NCBI GenBank assembly: GCA_964507055.1
Contig: CAZDOJ010000001.1
Span: 529,313 to 593,312 of the forward strand
Direction: 5' to 3'
Source: an uncultured Gammaproteobacteria bacterium
GTDB lineage: Bacteria; Patescibacteriota; Microgenomatia; Levybacterales; UBA12049
Length of the DNA stretch: 64,000 nt
Shown: positions 18,950 to 29,073 of the stretch, in pieces
Position numbering within the stretch: position 1 is the first letter of the stretch
Layout: the number at the start of each line of letters is the position of its first letter
Translations under genes and position numbers: made by a program
The notes under the pieces: generated by a model
Told to the model about the DNA's origin: nothing
The model's input: the letters and a program-made list of their open reading frames with translations, nothing else
The model's database searches: none

Positions 18950-20332
18950 ATGGCAGTTATTCGTAAACGACTCATATTCTGGCTCATCAAAGCTTATATC
19001 AAAAAGTCAGGGAAAACCCTTTTGCTTGCTCTTCTAGGTGTATTAATTATTTTTGGTGGCTTATTCTTCGCTTCACGATATGTTTCGTACTTTTCTCAAA
19101 TAAACATCCCTTTTGCTAAAAAGCAAACCGTCGGCTTAGTAGGAGCTTACACGCAAGATAATTTGCCAAGAGAAGTTGTTTCGAAACTCTCTTCAGGATT
19201 AACAGTACTTGGAGAAGATGGCAGCATCAAACCAGCACTCGCAGAATCATGGGAGACATTGGACAATGGAAAAACATATAAGTTTACATTAAAGAAAAAT
19301 CAGCATTTCAATAATGGAAATGACGTAACTTCTGAAACGATTAATTATAATTTTGCGGATGTAACAGTTGAGAAGCCGGATAAGTACACTATTGTTTACA
19401 AACTAAAAGATGCCTACTCACCTTTTTTGGTTACGGTTTCAAGACCAGTTTTTGATAAAGGATATACAGGTGTTGGAGATTTTAGAATTGAGAAGGTGGA
19501 TTTGAATGGTAATTTTGTCCAATCTATGACCCTTGCTTCAGTTAAGAACAGACAAGATACAGTTCATTACGAATTTTATCCAAGTGAAGAAGCGTTAAAG
19601 ATGGCATTTCTTTTGGGTGAAGTTTCTGAAGTGAAAGGCTTAGTAACCAATCATTATCAAGAAGCATCATTTAAAACATTTCCAAACGTAACTGTGCAAG
19701 AAAACGCCAACTATGATCGTTTGGTAGCACTTTTCTTCAATACAACGGATGGAACCCTCTCTGATAAAAAAATTCGTATAGCATTAAGTTATGCAATCCC
19801 AGACAACTTCTCGGGAGGACAAAGAGCGTATCTACCATATTCTCCAAAGTCTACATTTTACAATACAGAAGTTGAGACAAGAAAGCATGATATCAATCGA
19901 GCAAAGCTTCTTTTACTCCCATCTGAAGATGCAAGTGCGAGTGGACAGACAACAGCACCGAAAGAACTGACCATTCAAACCTTACGGAAATATAAGCCAA
20001 CTGCGGATGCAATTGCTACATCATGGAAAGAATTAGGAATTACTACCAAAGTTGAAGAAGTCGATGGTTTACCAAATTCCTATCAAATCTTTTTGGGTGA
20101 CTTTAGTGTACCAAGAGATCCAGACCAATATACCATCTGGCATAGTGATCAACGAAATAATATCACACGATATAAGAATCTAAGAATTGATAAATTACTT
20201 GAAGACGGGAGAAAAACGGTTGATCCAACACAAAGAAGGCAATTATATGCAGATTTTCAAAAGTATCTCATGGAAGATGCTCCAGCCGCATTCCTCTACT
20301 TCCCAACTGAATATAGTGTGGTAAGAAAGTAA
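18950..20332 (+). CDS. ABC transporter substrate-binding protein, family 5 (oligopeptide/nickel type), N-terminal membrane anchor
   Basis: SBP_bac_5-like sequence. No permease or ATPase genes are adjacent. Confidence 0.6.
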   Translation: MAVIRKRLIFWLIKAYIKKSGKTLLLALLGVLIIFGGLFFASRYVSYFSQINIPFAKKQTVGLVGAYTQDNLPREVVSKLSSGLTVLGEDGSIKPALAESWETLDNGKTYKFTLKKNQHFNNGNDVTSETINYNFADVTVEKPDKYTIVYKLKDAYSPFLVTVSRPVFDKGYTGVGDFRIEKVDLNGNFVQSMTLASVKNRQDTVHYEFYPSEEALKMAFLLGEVSEVKGLVTNHYQEASFKTFPNVTVQENANYDRLVALFFNTTDGTLSDKKIRIALSYAIPDNFSGGQRAYLPYSPKSTFYNTEVETRKHDINRAKLLLLPSEDASASGQTTAPKELTIQTLRKYKPTADAIATSWKELGITTKVEEVDGLPNSYQIFLGDFSVPRDPDQYTIWHSDQRNNITRYKNLRIDKLLEDGRKTVDPTQRRQLYADFQKYLMEDAPAAFLYFPTEYSVVRK

Positions 20333-20333
20333 T

Positions 20334-21140
20334 TTAAGTCTGCTGTTCTCTTAAAAATTCGAGTGTTCCTTTGTCACAATGCTCCTTCGTAAAAGCAAGC
20401 GGAAATTGTACTTCTTTATCAGCAATGTCATGCTTGTTTCCAACAAAGATGAAGCTCACTTTTTTCTTCTGCGTAAATAATTCATCACCCATTTCTAGAT
20501 CTGATGGACTATCTCCAAATACATAAAAATTATGTGGTGAAAATCCTTTTTCATGCATCCAATCCAAATATTGTTTTATTGCATACCTTTTGTTTGCTTT
20601 TTTATGTTTTACATTCATACCTATACGATCATAACTAGCAGCAAAATCGGGATAGGCTTTTAATTCCTTTCTTAAAACTTCAACAATTTTATCGCCGCCG
20701 TCTTTGAAGTAATCCTTTCCTTTCTTTGCTTCTATTGTAAATTGTATCTGCTTTTCATGTTCTACAAACCCGATGTCTGCAAACTGAAAAGCTACCTTAT
20801 TTAGACGAGCACGCAAAACTTTAGGCATTGAAAACTCAGCATTATAACGAACAACTCTTTCACCATCTCTATGTAGTGCATATACTCCACCAAATTCCCC
20901 TGAGACATATAAATTATCGAGCATTTTTTTATCCATTTGTGGGTGTGCATCCAGATACTTTTCAAGAACTTCTACTACTTGTACTTTTAACCATTCAAGT
21001 CCTCGCCCACTAATAAATGCTATAGGCATATTTTTTTGCAACTTCAAAGCGAGGATTTCAATGAGATCCATTTCGATAATTTTTTTCTCCACAGGGCTAG
21101 TGATGACACCATCTACATCAAATATATATGTGCTTAACAT
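20334..21140 (-). CDS. HAD-superfamily hydrolase-like protein
   Basis: N-terminal motif I YIFDVDGVIT and a C-terminal GDSPSD motif. Confidence 0.5.
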   Translation of the reverse strand: MLSTYIFDVDGVITSPVEKKIIEMDLIEILALKLQKNMPIAFISGRGLEWLKVQVVEVLEKYLDAHPQMDKKMLDNLYVSGEFGGVYALHRDGERVVRYNAEFSMPKVLRARLNKVAFQFADIGFVEHEKQIQFTIEAKKGKDYFKDGGDKIVEVLRKELKAYPDFAASYDRIGMNVKHKKANKRYAIKQYLDWMHEKGFSPHNFYVFGDSPSDLEMGDELFTQKKKVSFIFVGNKHDIADKEVQFPLAFTKEHCDKGTLEFLREQQT

Positions 21141-21201
21141 ACAGCTATTGTACTACAAAAGAGATATCGTTGACAGAAATATAGTCCTATAATATAATGA
21201 G

Positions 21202-21438
21202 TTGATGAGTGAAAAAGAATATCTGCCACAGCGTCGAGCAAAACATATAAATGTTGTATTTGGGATTGGTGGACTAGCTTGGGGTGGATCTGCCTATGAA
21301 AAATTTGCAAATGGGCAAGTAGTATCGGGCGTTATTGAAACAATATTAGCTACATCCTTTCTAGCAGAACCTGTTATTGCTGAATGGCAATATAGAAAAA
21401 AATTAAGAAAATATAAAAGTCCTCGATATGAAGAATAA
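21202..21438 (+). CDS. Hypothetical small membrane protein
   Basis: 78-aa ORF with one hydrophobic segment. Confidence 0.3.
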   Translation: MMSEKEYLPQRRAKHINVVFGIGGLAWGGSAYEKFANGQVVSGVIETILATSFLAEPVIAEWQYRKKLRKYKSPRYEE

Positions 21439-21445
21439 TTTAAAA

Positions 21446-22894
21446 TTATTTTAATGCAGCCTTACTTCGTAACTTCCTATGGTACGTAATTGCAAATCGG
21501 TGTGCTTCATTTCGCAACCGTTGGATGAGAAATAAACTTGGAGAATTCTTCGGCAATGAAATCTCAGTAAAGTTCTCTTCGTTTACAATAATCGTTTTAT
21601 TCTTTTCTGAATTTGTTCCTGCGAATCGTAGATTCAAAAGCTCTTGATACGTTCGTACCATTGGTGTATCCGAATCGATTGATCCTTTTTCACCACCTTG
21701 CATACCGCCCAACGTCGGAACAACAATCGTTTCCTCCCTTTTTGCCAAACCAACCAATGGAATCGACATACCGCATTCAACGAGTGCTACCAATGCACTT
21801 GAGACTTGACCTTTGCCTCCGTCGACAATAATGAGATCTGGCATATTCCAATCATCATGCTTGAGACGTCTTTTCAAAACTTCCTGCATCATTGCAAAAT
21901 CATTTGGCAAATCTTTCTTAGGACGATTATCCCATTGTCTTTTTATTTTAAACTTTCTGTACTGCGATGATTCTTTTTCTCCATTCACAAAGACCACCAT
22001 TGATCCTACAGCATTGGTTCCTTGGATATTGGACATATCATAGCATTCAATTCGCTCAAGCTTCTCTAGACCCATTCCTTGCTCATTCAAAATAGTCATT
22101 AATCCATCCAATTCTTGCTGTCTTTTATCTTCTCTTAGATTCGGATTTACATCATATTCAAATGGTTTATGAAATGGAGTTGTAATCAAACTCATGGCAT
22201 TAATTCTTTTTTGGAAAATTAATGCACGTTCGAAATCCTCAGTTTTACTCGCTTTATCACGCTCTTTTTCAAGTTCTGTCATAATCTTTTTCGATTCTCC
22301 CTCAAGCATGCGGATAATTCCTTTGATGTTCTTTTTGTATTCTTTACGTAATTCTGGCGTATCATTAACCGGTGGACACGGACAAAGACCCAAGTGGTTA
22401 TATAAACAAATTCTTTTGGGATGATTTGGAGTGGAAACAAAAGGGAAAATACGACGCATTGTTTTTAGAACAAGCTTTAAGGCTCCAGAACTTGGATATG
22501 GGCCAAAATATAAAGAATTTTTATCATCTTCTCGACGCGACAGAAGTACTTTTGGATAGTCATCATTAATTGTGATCCTGATCTTAAGATATTGCTTATT
22601 ATCAGTTAATTTGATGTTGTACTTCGGATTATACTTCTTTATATAAAAAGCTTCGAGGAGAAGTGCTTCAAGCTCGGATTCAACAATCGTGATATTGATC
22701 TTATCAATTTGAGAAACAAGCACTTGGGTCTTTGCACCGAGATTTGCACTTTTAACAAAATATGAAGAGACACGAGATTTAAGGTCTTTGGCTTTGCCAA
22801 CATAAATAACCGTTCCGTTTTTATCTAAATAGACGTAAACCCCGGCTTCTGATGGCAATGATAAGTATGATGATCGTGAATATACCAACTGCAA
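21446..22894 (-). CDS. uvrC: Excinuclease ABC subunit C, short form lacking the C-terminal (HhH)2 domain
   Basis: GIY-YIG N-terminus (GVYVYLDKNGTVIYVGKAKDLKSRVSSYF). ECYDMSNIQG endonuclease region. Ends just after RNEAHRFAITYHRK. Confidence 0.8.
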   Translation of the reverse strand: MQLVYSRSSYLSLPSEAGVYVYLDKNGTVIYVGKAKDLKSRVSSYFVKSANLGAKTQVLVSQIDKINITIVESELEALLLEAFYIKKYNPKYNIKLTDNKQYLKIRITINDDYPKVLLSRREDDKNSLYFGPYPSSGALKLVLKTMRRIFPFVSTPNHPKRICLYNHLGLCPCPPVNDTPELRKEYKKNIKGIIRMLEGESKKIMTELEKERDKASKTEDFERALIFQKRINAMSLITTPFHKPFEYDVNPNLREDKRQQELDGLMTILNEQGMGLEKLERIECYDMSNIQGTNAVGSMVVFVNGEKESSQYRKFKIKRQWDNRPKKDLPNDFAMMQEVLKRRLKHDDWNMPDLIIVDGGKGQVSSALVALVECGMSIPLVGLAKREETIVVPTLGGMQGGEKGSIDSDTPMVRTYQELLNLRFAGTNSEKNKTIIVNEENFTEISLPKNSPSLFLIQRLRNEAHRFAITYHRKLRSKAALK

Positions 22895-24626
22895 TTCCTC
22901 CTCCCAATGGTGTTAAGAAAAACGGAGCTGATTTAATTTGATTTACTTTCGAAGCTCCTGCTACACGTATTGTATAGTCGCCTTCAGTGTTTGTCAAAAA
23001 CGATGTCGGTTCAAATCGTGCTTGCACTTCTGCCGTACCAAATGGTGGAATGCCAGTCGTCGCAATTGTCTGGGCGTTTGGCAAAAATGTATCTGAAGAT
23101 AAATATAATATTTGCGGCGGCAGATATGTGGTCCCTGTATTCATAACTTTTATCGTTCCTGTAATCGGTAATCCAGCAATTGCTAATTCAGGGATCGTGC
23201 TTTCTGTCTCTACACTGGTCCGTGGTTGCATTGGTTCAGTTGTAAATTCAACTTGCACATCTTTGGAGGCTGCTTGATCTGCATACTTATAGCCGCCTGC
23301 TGGAATTGGATATTCACTATCTGTACCTTTAATAACCAGTGCCATATGCGAGAAATCCATAACGTCAAAATAGTCTACTCCACCTGTTGTACTTCCCCAG
23401 GTCGGATCAACCATAACCCAAGTTTTTTTGTCTTTGTCATAGTACTCTGGCCAAACATGAAGAATATCCTTTTCTTTAGAAAGTGGTCGTTGCTTTGCAT
23501 TTTCTGTGTAGGCATATCCATCGACTTCACGTGCTGGAATACCTGCAGCTCTTGCCAAGGCGATAAATAAATCTGTAAACTCACGACACACTGCTGAGTT
23601 TTGATTATGCAAAGCACCCAGTGCTCCAAGCCGAGGTTTTTCTTCTGTCACTCGAGAGAAGTCATAATCCAACGCATCAACTACATAATCATAAATTCGT
23701 TCTGGTGTCTTTAGATCATCAGCAAGTTCGCGGATCTGATCATTTGATGATTCCCAATATTTTTGCTCAAGAGTATATGCTTGCAGTTGCTCTGGAGTTA
23801 ACTCAATTTGCTTGGGAGTTAAACTCACTTCTGTATTTCCGGCAACGACGACATCCATATTTTGAGCGGATTTTAATTTATACTGTGCGAGCCAATTCCC
23901 GTCTTTATCCTGAACGACATTCTCTGGTGCAGGCACGATCGCATCGATTGAAACTTCTTGATAATTTGTATTTGGCGGCAATGCAATTTCTGTAGTAATC
24001 GGATATAAATTCGGATTTCTTAAATGATATGTCAGATTAAATTTATATACTTGCTTATCGCCAAATGCTATAGAAATACCTGACTTTCCAAGAGTATCTT
24101 TCGTAAAGATAAGGGCATTCGTTGGTTGTTTTGGTTTTGTATAAGCTGGCTGTCCAAATGATGGTGGAACTTTCAACTCAACGACAAACGACTTAAAATC
24201 GTTTGGATTAGCAATCCCTGGAATATCAATTTCCCATACTTTCCCATAATGTCGTGCAATCGTGGGCGTATCAAAGGTTATTTGAAATTGTTGTTTGCTA
24301 TTCAAACCAACTGCTTTATTGTTAAACCGTACATCAATAATATGCCCATTCTCATTTTTAATAACACCTGGTTGGATATCTCCACCACTATCGCGAGCAC
24401 GAACATTGGATATCTCACTAAATCCCAATTGCATTTTGTATGAAGGTGCGTAGTATTGCGATGAAGTATTGGTAAGCGTGATATCAATGACGGAATGAGC
24501 TACCCCAGAGTCATCAATCGTATACGTAACTTTGTAATCAGTATCGAAGTTTGCAGCAGCATGAGCCTGTGAAGGGTGTACGATAAATACAAGAGCAACG
24601 ATAAGAGACAGGATAAGTTTTTTCAT
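22821..24626 (-). CDS. Transglutaminase-like superfamily protein, signal peptide and C-terminal TM anchor
   Basis: TGase core around CREFTDLFIALARAAGIPAREVDGYAY. N-terminal signal. C-terminal hydrophobic tail overlapping the uvrC start. Confidence 0.6.
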   Translation of the reverse strand: MKKLILSLIVALVFIVHPSQAHAAANFDTDYKVTYTIDDSGVAHSVIDITLTNTSSQYYAPSYKMQLGFSEISNVRARDSGGDIQPGVIKNENGHIIDVRFNNKAVGLNSKQQFQITFDTPTIARHYGKVWEIDIPGIANPNDFKSFVVELKVPPSFGQPAYTKPKQPTNALIFTKDTLGKSGISIAFGDKQVYKFNLTYHLRNPNLYPITTEIALPPNTNYQEVSIDAIVPAPENVVQDKDGNWLAQYKLKSAQNMDVVVAGNTEVSLTPKQIELTPEQLQAYTLEQKYWESSNDQIRELADDLKTPERIYDYVVDALDYDFSRVTEEKPRLGALGALHNQNSAVCREFTDLFIALARAAGIPAREVDGYAYTENAKQRPLSKEKDILHVWPEYYDKDKKTWVMVDPTWGSTTGGVDYFDVMDFSHMALVIKGTDSEYPIPAGGYKYADQAASKDVQVEFTTEPMQPRTSVETESTIPELAIAGLPITGTIKVMNTGTTYLPPQILYLSSDTFLPNAQTIATTGIPPFGTAEVQARFEPTSFLTNTEGDYTIRVAGASKVNQIKSAPFFLTPLGGGIAVGIFTIIILIIAIRSRGLRLFR

Positions 24627-24635
24627 GAACCTTAT

Positions 24636-27554
24636 CTATTTTAGTATATTTTTGAGGAATTTGCCTGTCCAGGAATCAGGATTATCTGCGATTTCTCTTG
24701 GAGTTCCTATAGCCACGATTTGACCACCTTTTTCTCCGCCTTCAGGGCCAAGGTCGATGATATGATCAGCGTTCTTGATCATATCGAGATTGTGTTCAAT
24801 CACGATTACAGAGTTTCCTACATCAACCAATCGTCGAAGCACATACAAAAGCTTTTCTAAATCCGCAAAGTGTAAACCTGTAGTAGGTTCATCTAAGACA
24901 TATAAGGCATTTCTCCCCTTCTTAGAAAGTTCTGTTGCAAGCTTAATTCGTTGTGCTTCTCCACCTGAAAGTGTTGGTGCTGGTTGTCCGAGCTTAATAT
25001 AAGATAAACCAACATCCATTAAAGTCTTTAATCGGTGATGCAAACCTGGAACAAAAGCGAAGAAGTCACTCGCCTCAGCAACACTCATATCCAATACATC
25101 GGCGATACTTTTGTCATTAAACAATACTTCAAGTGCTTCATTATTGTATTGTTTTCCATCGCACACTTCACAAGTGATGTAGACATCTGGCATAAATTGC
25201 ATTTCGATTTTAATCTGTCCTTCTCCCTCGCATGCTTCACAGCGTCCACCTTTGACATTAAATGAAAATCTTCCAGGACCATATCCTCGTAACTTTGCTT
25301 CTTTTGTACTAGCAAAGATTTGTCGGATGTACGTAAACGCACCCGTATATGTTGCAGCATTACTTCGAGGAGTTCGACCAATCGGTGATTGATCAATAGC
25401 AAAAACACTCTTTAAGGCTTCATGTCCTTGCATCTCTTTAAATTTACCTGGCTTTTGGGGATGATATGCATTCTTCTTTTGCATCAACGCGTGATACAAA
25501 ATATCGTTTACTAAAGTTGATTTACCACTTCCAGAAACACCAGTTACGACAACAAATTTATGAAGAGGAAACTCAACACTAATATCTTTCAAGTTATTCT
25601 CTGTTGCACCAATTACTTTGACACTCTTATTGCCCATGTCAGCAAGATCAACAACTTCAGGATCTTCATCAGTTTTGATCGCACGCTTTACTTTAATCTT
25701 TTTTCTTCCTGAAAGATAATTGCCTGTGAGGGATTCTTTATTTGCCTTAATATCTGCAATTGGTCCATGAGCGATAATATGTCCACCGTTTTCACCAGCA
25801 CCTGGTCCGAAATCATAGAGATAATCAGATGCTTCCATCGTATCTTGATCATGTTCAACAACCAGTACTGTATTTCCTAAATCACGAAGTTTTTTTAATG
25901 TCTCAATTAACTTCGTATTATCCCGTTGGTGTAACCCAATTGAAGGTTCATCTAAAACATACAACACACCGGTTAAACCTGAACCAATTTGTGAAGCCAA
26001 CCGAATACGCTGTGCTTCTCCACCAGAAAGTGTCGATGCCGTTCTCCCTAAAGTCAAATATTCTAATCCAACGTCATTGAGAAATTTCAATCGTTCACGG
26101 ATCTCACGAAGAATCATTTTCCCAATCTCTTGTTCTCGTCCTGAAATAACACCTGGCAATGTATCAACAAATTCTAAAGTACGTTCAATAGACATTGATG
26201 AGACTTCAACAATTGATTTGTCATTGAGCGTTACAGAAAGTGCTTCTCTTTTGAGACGTCCACCTTTACATGTTGGACAGACATCAAATCTCATAAATTT
26301 ATCAATTTGTGTTTTGAGGAATTGAGATTCTGATTCGTTATACTTCTTGCGAAGCTCGTAAGCGATTCCATGATAGGGTTCGCGGATTGCTGTCTCGCGA
26401 CCAAATCGATTTTCACCTTCAACATAATATTCTTTTTCACCAGTTCCAAATAATAATAAATCTTTCTGCTCTTGTGTCAGCTCACTCATCCTTTTATTCA
26501 TCGGAATATTATTTGATTCACAAAATGTTTTAAATGTTCGAGAGAACCATGTATCATTTGAAGTGATATTGAAGAATGGTACAATTCCACCTTCATTAAT
26601 CGTCAAATTGTCATTGAAAATTAGATCAGGATCTGCATTGAGGACACGGCCCAAACCTGCACATGCAGGGCATGCTCCATGTGGTGTATTGAAAGAAAAA
26701 ATACGTGGCTCAATATCAGGTAATGATATGTTGCAAACAGGACATGCAAACTTTTCAGAGAACAATTGATCTTCCATATCTTGTGGCTTTTCAGGAAGTG
26801 CAAATGATGCATCTTTAATAATTGAAACAATCATTTCACCATCACCAAATTGTAATGCTTGCTCAACATCCGTTGCCAAACGATTTCGCTCTGTCTCTGC
26901 ATTGAGAACCATTGCGTCGATAATAAGTTCTATACTATGTTTGTTCGTTTTAATTAAGACAAAGTCATCAGTCAGATTATAAACTGATCCATCAATTCGA
27001 ACCTTTGTATATCCACGCTTTTTTAAACTTGCAAACAGATCTGTATACTCTCCTCTTCTATCTTTAACCAATGGAGCAAGAATCATAATACGCAATTCTT
27101 TTTGACCAATTTGCTTCTTTGTATTTTCTAATTTATAAATTGCATCAACGATTTGTTCTTTTGATTGACGTGCAATTTCCCGTCCACAATTTGGACAATG
27201 TGGATGACCTACTCGAGCAAAAAGCAAACGCATATAATCATAGATTTCAGTCACTGTCCCTACAGTAGAACGAGGATTGTGTGAAGTGGATTTTTGATCA
27301 ATTGAAATTGCTGGTGAAAGCCCTTCGATCAAGTCGACATCTGGTTTTTTCATCGTGCCAAGAAACTGTCGTGCATAAGACGACAAACTTTCGACATATC
27401 TTCTTTGACCTTCTGCGTACACAGTATCAAATGCCAAGGAAGATTTACCGCTTCCAGATAATCCAGTCAAAACAACGAGTTTGTTCTTAGGAATCTCCAA
27501 ATCTAAATTCTTGAGGTTGTGCTCTCTTGCACCTTTGATTTTAATTTTATCCAT
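24636..27554 (-). CDS. uvrA: Excinuclease ABC subunit A
   Basis: Two ABC modules (GLSGSGKSSLAFDT, GVSGSGKSTLVNDI) and zinc-finger Cys clusters. Confidence 0.95.
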   Translation of the reverse strand: MDKIKIKGAREHNLKNLDLEIPKNKLVVLTGLSGSGKSSLAFDTVYAEGQRRYVESLSSYARQFLGTMKKPDVDLIEGLSPAISIDQKSTSHNPRSTVGTVTEIYDYMRLLFARVGHPHCPNCGREIARQSKEQIVDAIYKLENTKKQIGQKELRIMILAPLVKDRRGEYTDLFASLKKRGYTKVRIDGSVYNLTDDFVLIKTNKHSIELIIDAMVLNAETERNRLATDVEQALQFGDGEMIVSIIKDASFALPEKPQDMEDQLFSEKFACPVCNISLPDIEPRIFSFNTPHGACPACAGLGRVLNADPDLIFNDNLTINEGGIVPFFNITSNDTWFSRTFKTFCESNNIPMNKRMSELTQEQKDLLLFGTGEKEYYVEGENRFGRETAIREPYHGIAYELRKKYNESESQFLKTQIDKFMRFDVCPTCKGGRLKREALSVTLNDKSIVEVSSMSIERTLEFVDTLPGVISGREQEIGKMILREIRERLKFLNDVGLEYLTLGRTASTLSGGEAQRIRLASQIGSGLTGVLYVLDEPSIGLHQRDNTKLIETLKKLRDLGNTVLVVEHDQDTMEASDYLYDFGPGAGENGGHIIAHGPIADIKANKESLTGNYLSGRKKIKVKRAIKTDEDPEVVDLADMGNKSVKVIGATENNLKDISVEFPLHKFVVVTGVSGSGKSTLVNDILYHALMQKKNAYHPQKPGKFKEMQGHEALKSVFAIDQSPIGRTPRSNAATYTGAFTYIRQIFASTKEAKLRGYGPGRFSFNVKGGRCEACEGEGQIKIEMQFMPDVYITCEVCDGKQYNNEALEVLFNDKSIADVLDMSVAEASDFFAFVPGLHHRLKTLMDVGLSYIKLGQPAPTLSGGEAQRIKLATELSKKGRNALYVLDEPTTGLHFADLEKLLYVLRRLVDVGNSVIVIEHNLDMIKNADHIIDLGPEGGEKGGQIVAIGTPREIADNPDSWTGKFLKNILK

Positions 27555-27702
27555 TGATATACCTTTTTCCCTGCCTATTTTTGCTGAAGCTATTCGCGTC
27601 GTGGGGAAACAAAATTCAATCTATTATAATCGATATCGCAAGCATTAGCAAACCCCCAATATCTATTGCTCATCCGTTGGGTTTTTAACACAAACTCTTG
27701 CA

Positions 27703-28911
27703 TTGCTGAGCTATATTTATTACAATCCATTCAGATTTATATCCTATATTATGTCTTCTGAAAGGCCACGGCCATTATCATCAACAGAACATATACACGC
27801 ACCTCATACACAGGCTATCACTCCTATGTCTCCCATTGCAAAAAGTGAATTAGAGAAAGCCGCTAATGAATCTTCATTTCTACGACGCTTATTTAAAAGC
27901 TCAGATGAAGCGGATACTGTACCAAATCCTGGAAGACGGGCACTTCTGCGAGGAATCGTGGCGACATCAGCAACAATACTTGTAGGTAAGACTGGTTTGG
28001 ACGCACTAAAGTTTGGCATGGATATAGATGAAGAACAAACAGAGGAAAAGCTTGTTCCACGTGAAGGAAGTGTGCAATTTGTAAATAGAGATACTCGTGA
28101 TATATTTCCAACCACTGCCTCTCTCTTTTTTAGAGGATTTAATGTCGACCAGATTGATAACGCCGCAAAAGCAATGTCTCCATTTGTACAAAAATATGGG
28201 CAAGTTGCGGCAGTTGATTACGGTAATCAAAACTTTAATTTAGGTGAGATAACCCACAATACCATTGAGTTCTGTAAAAAGAATAATATTTCTCGTGTTA
28301 ATCTCTGGGGTAAGAGTATGGGAGGCATGGTTGGATTGGATATGGTTGAACCACTGATTGGTGCTGGAATTACAGTAGAAAGTGTTGTCCTGGATAGTAC
28401 ACCAGCGTCAAGAAGAGAAGTTATCGGTGCACAAGATGGAGATGCAAATTTGATTGAGATATATAACAAAATGGTCGAACTCAATTTGGCCTCTTATGGT
28501 GGAGATTATACACGTAGTTTTGTCGAAAAACGTGTTAATGAAGTCATGAGAAGTCGGGATCCAAGGAAAGAAAATATTGGCAAAAAAAGTGAGAATGAAC
28601 TACCAACAAATATTGTGATGCAGCAAGCTGGTTTTATAGGGACATTTGAAATTACCGGTACTATGGCAAAGATCCTAAAAGGCATCCCAATTGGTTACTT
28701 TGGTGCAGAAAAAGGAATTGGAGATACAACAGTTGATGTAATAAAATCTTGCGATAGTATTCGAAATAGACTTCCCGGATGCGAAGTTCATATGTATGAA
28801 CTTCCAGGGATATGGCATGCAAGCTCTGGGGATAAACCAGAAGTGTATGGACCAGCAGCTCTACAATTCAGAACAGATGCGGGAATTCCATTTTTGACAA
28901 CTACACTATAA
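27703..28911 (+). CDS. Alpha/beta-hydrolase-fold protein with twin-arginine-like signal (start uncertain: 27703, 27751 or 27823)
   Basis: GRRALLRGIVATSATILVG is Tat-like. GKSMGG is a GxSxG nucleophile elbow. Confidence 0.45.
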   Translation: MLSYIYYNPFRFISYIMSSERPRPLSSTEHIHAPHTQAITPMSPIAKSELEKAANESSFLRRLFKSSDEADTVPNPGRRALLRGIVATSATILVGKTGLDALKFGMDIDEEQTEEKLVPREGSVQFVNRDTRDIFPTTASLFFRGFNVDQIDNAAKAMSPFVQKYGQVAAVDYGNQNFNLGEITHNTIEFCKKNNISRVNLWGKSMGGMVGLDMVEPLIGAGITVESVVLDSTPASRREVIGAQDGDANLIEIYNKMVELNLASYGGDYTRSFVEKRVNEVMRSRDPRKENIGKKSENELPTNIVMQQAGFIGTFEITGTMAKILKGIPIGYFGAEKGIGDTTVDVIKSCDSIRNRLPGCEVHMYELPGIWHASSGDKPEVYGPAALQFRTDAGIPFLTTTL

Positions 28912-28941
28912 AATTTTTTCTAAGTAATTTATACTATTCTT

Positions 28942-29073
28942 ATGTCCAAAGAACTTCGGCCAGATTTACGAACACAGCTTTGCATTATCTGTCAAACTCC
29001 TATGGGAGATATGCCAGGATCGAGAGATGCGTATTGCCCAAATTGCGGATATAAAGATCCTTGTTGTGAATAG
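28942..29073 (+). CDS. 43-aa Cys-rich zinc-ribbon-like peptide (MSKELRPDLRTQLCIICQTPMGDMPGSRDAYCPNCGYKDPCCE)
   Basis: Translated by hand. CxxC...CPNC...CC pattern. It is below the 60-aa cutoff of the ORF track. Confidence 0.35.
   Translation: MSKELRPDLRTQLCIICQTPMGDMPGSRDAYCPNCGYKDPCCE

Noticed and set aside
24775-27490. Short ORFs on both strands inside uvrA, and similar ones inside mutS (32720..34194), mutL (30642..30881), the ABC-F gene and the ABC exporter
   Set aside because: They overlap strongly supported long genes in other frames. No independent signal was seen.
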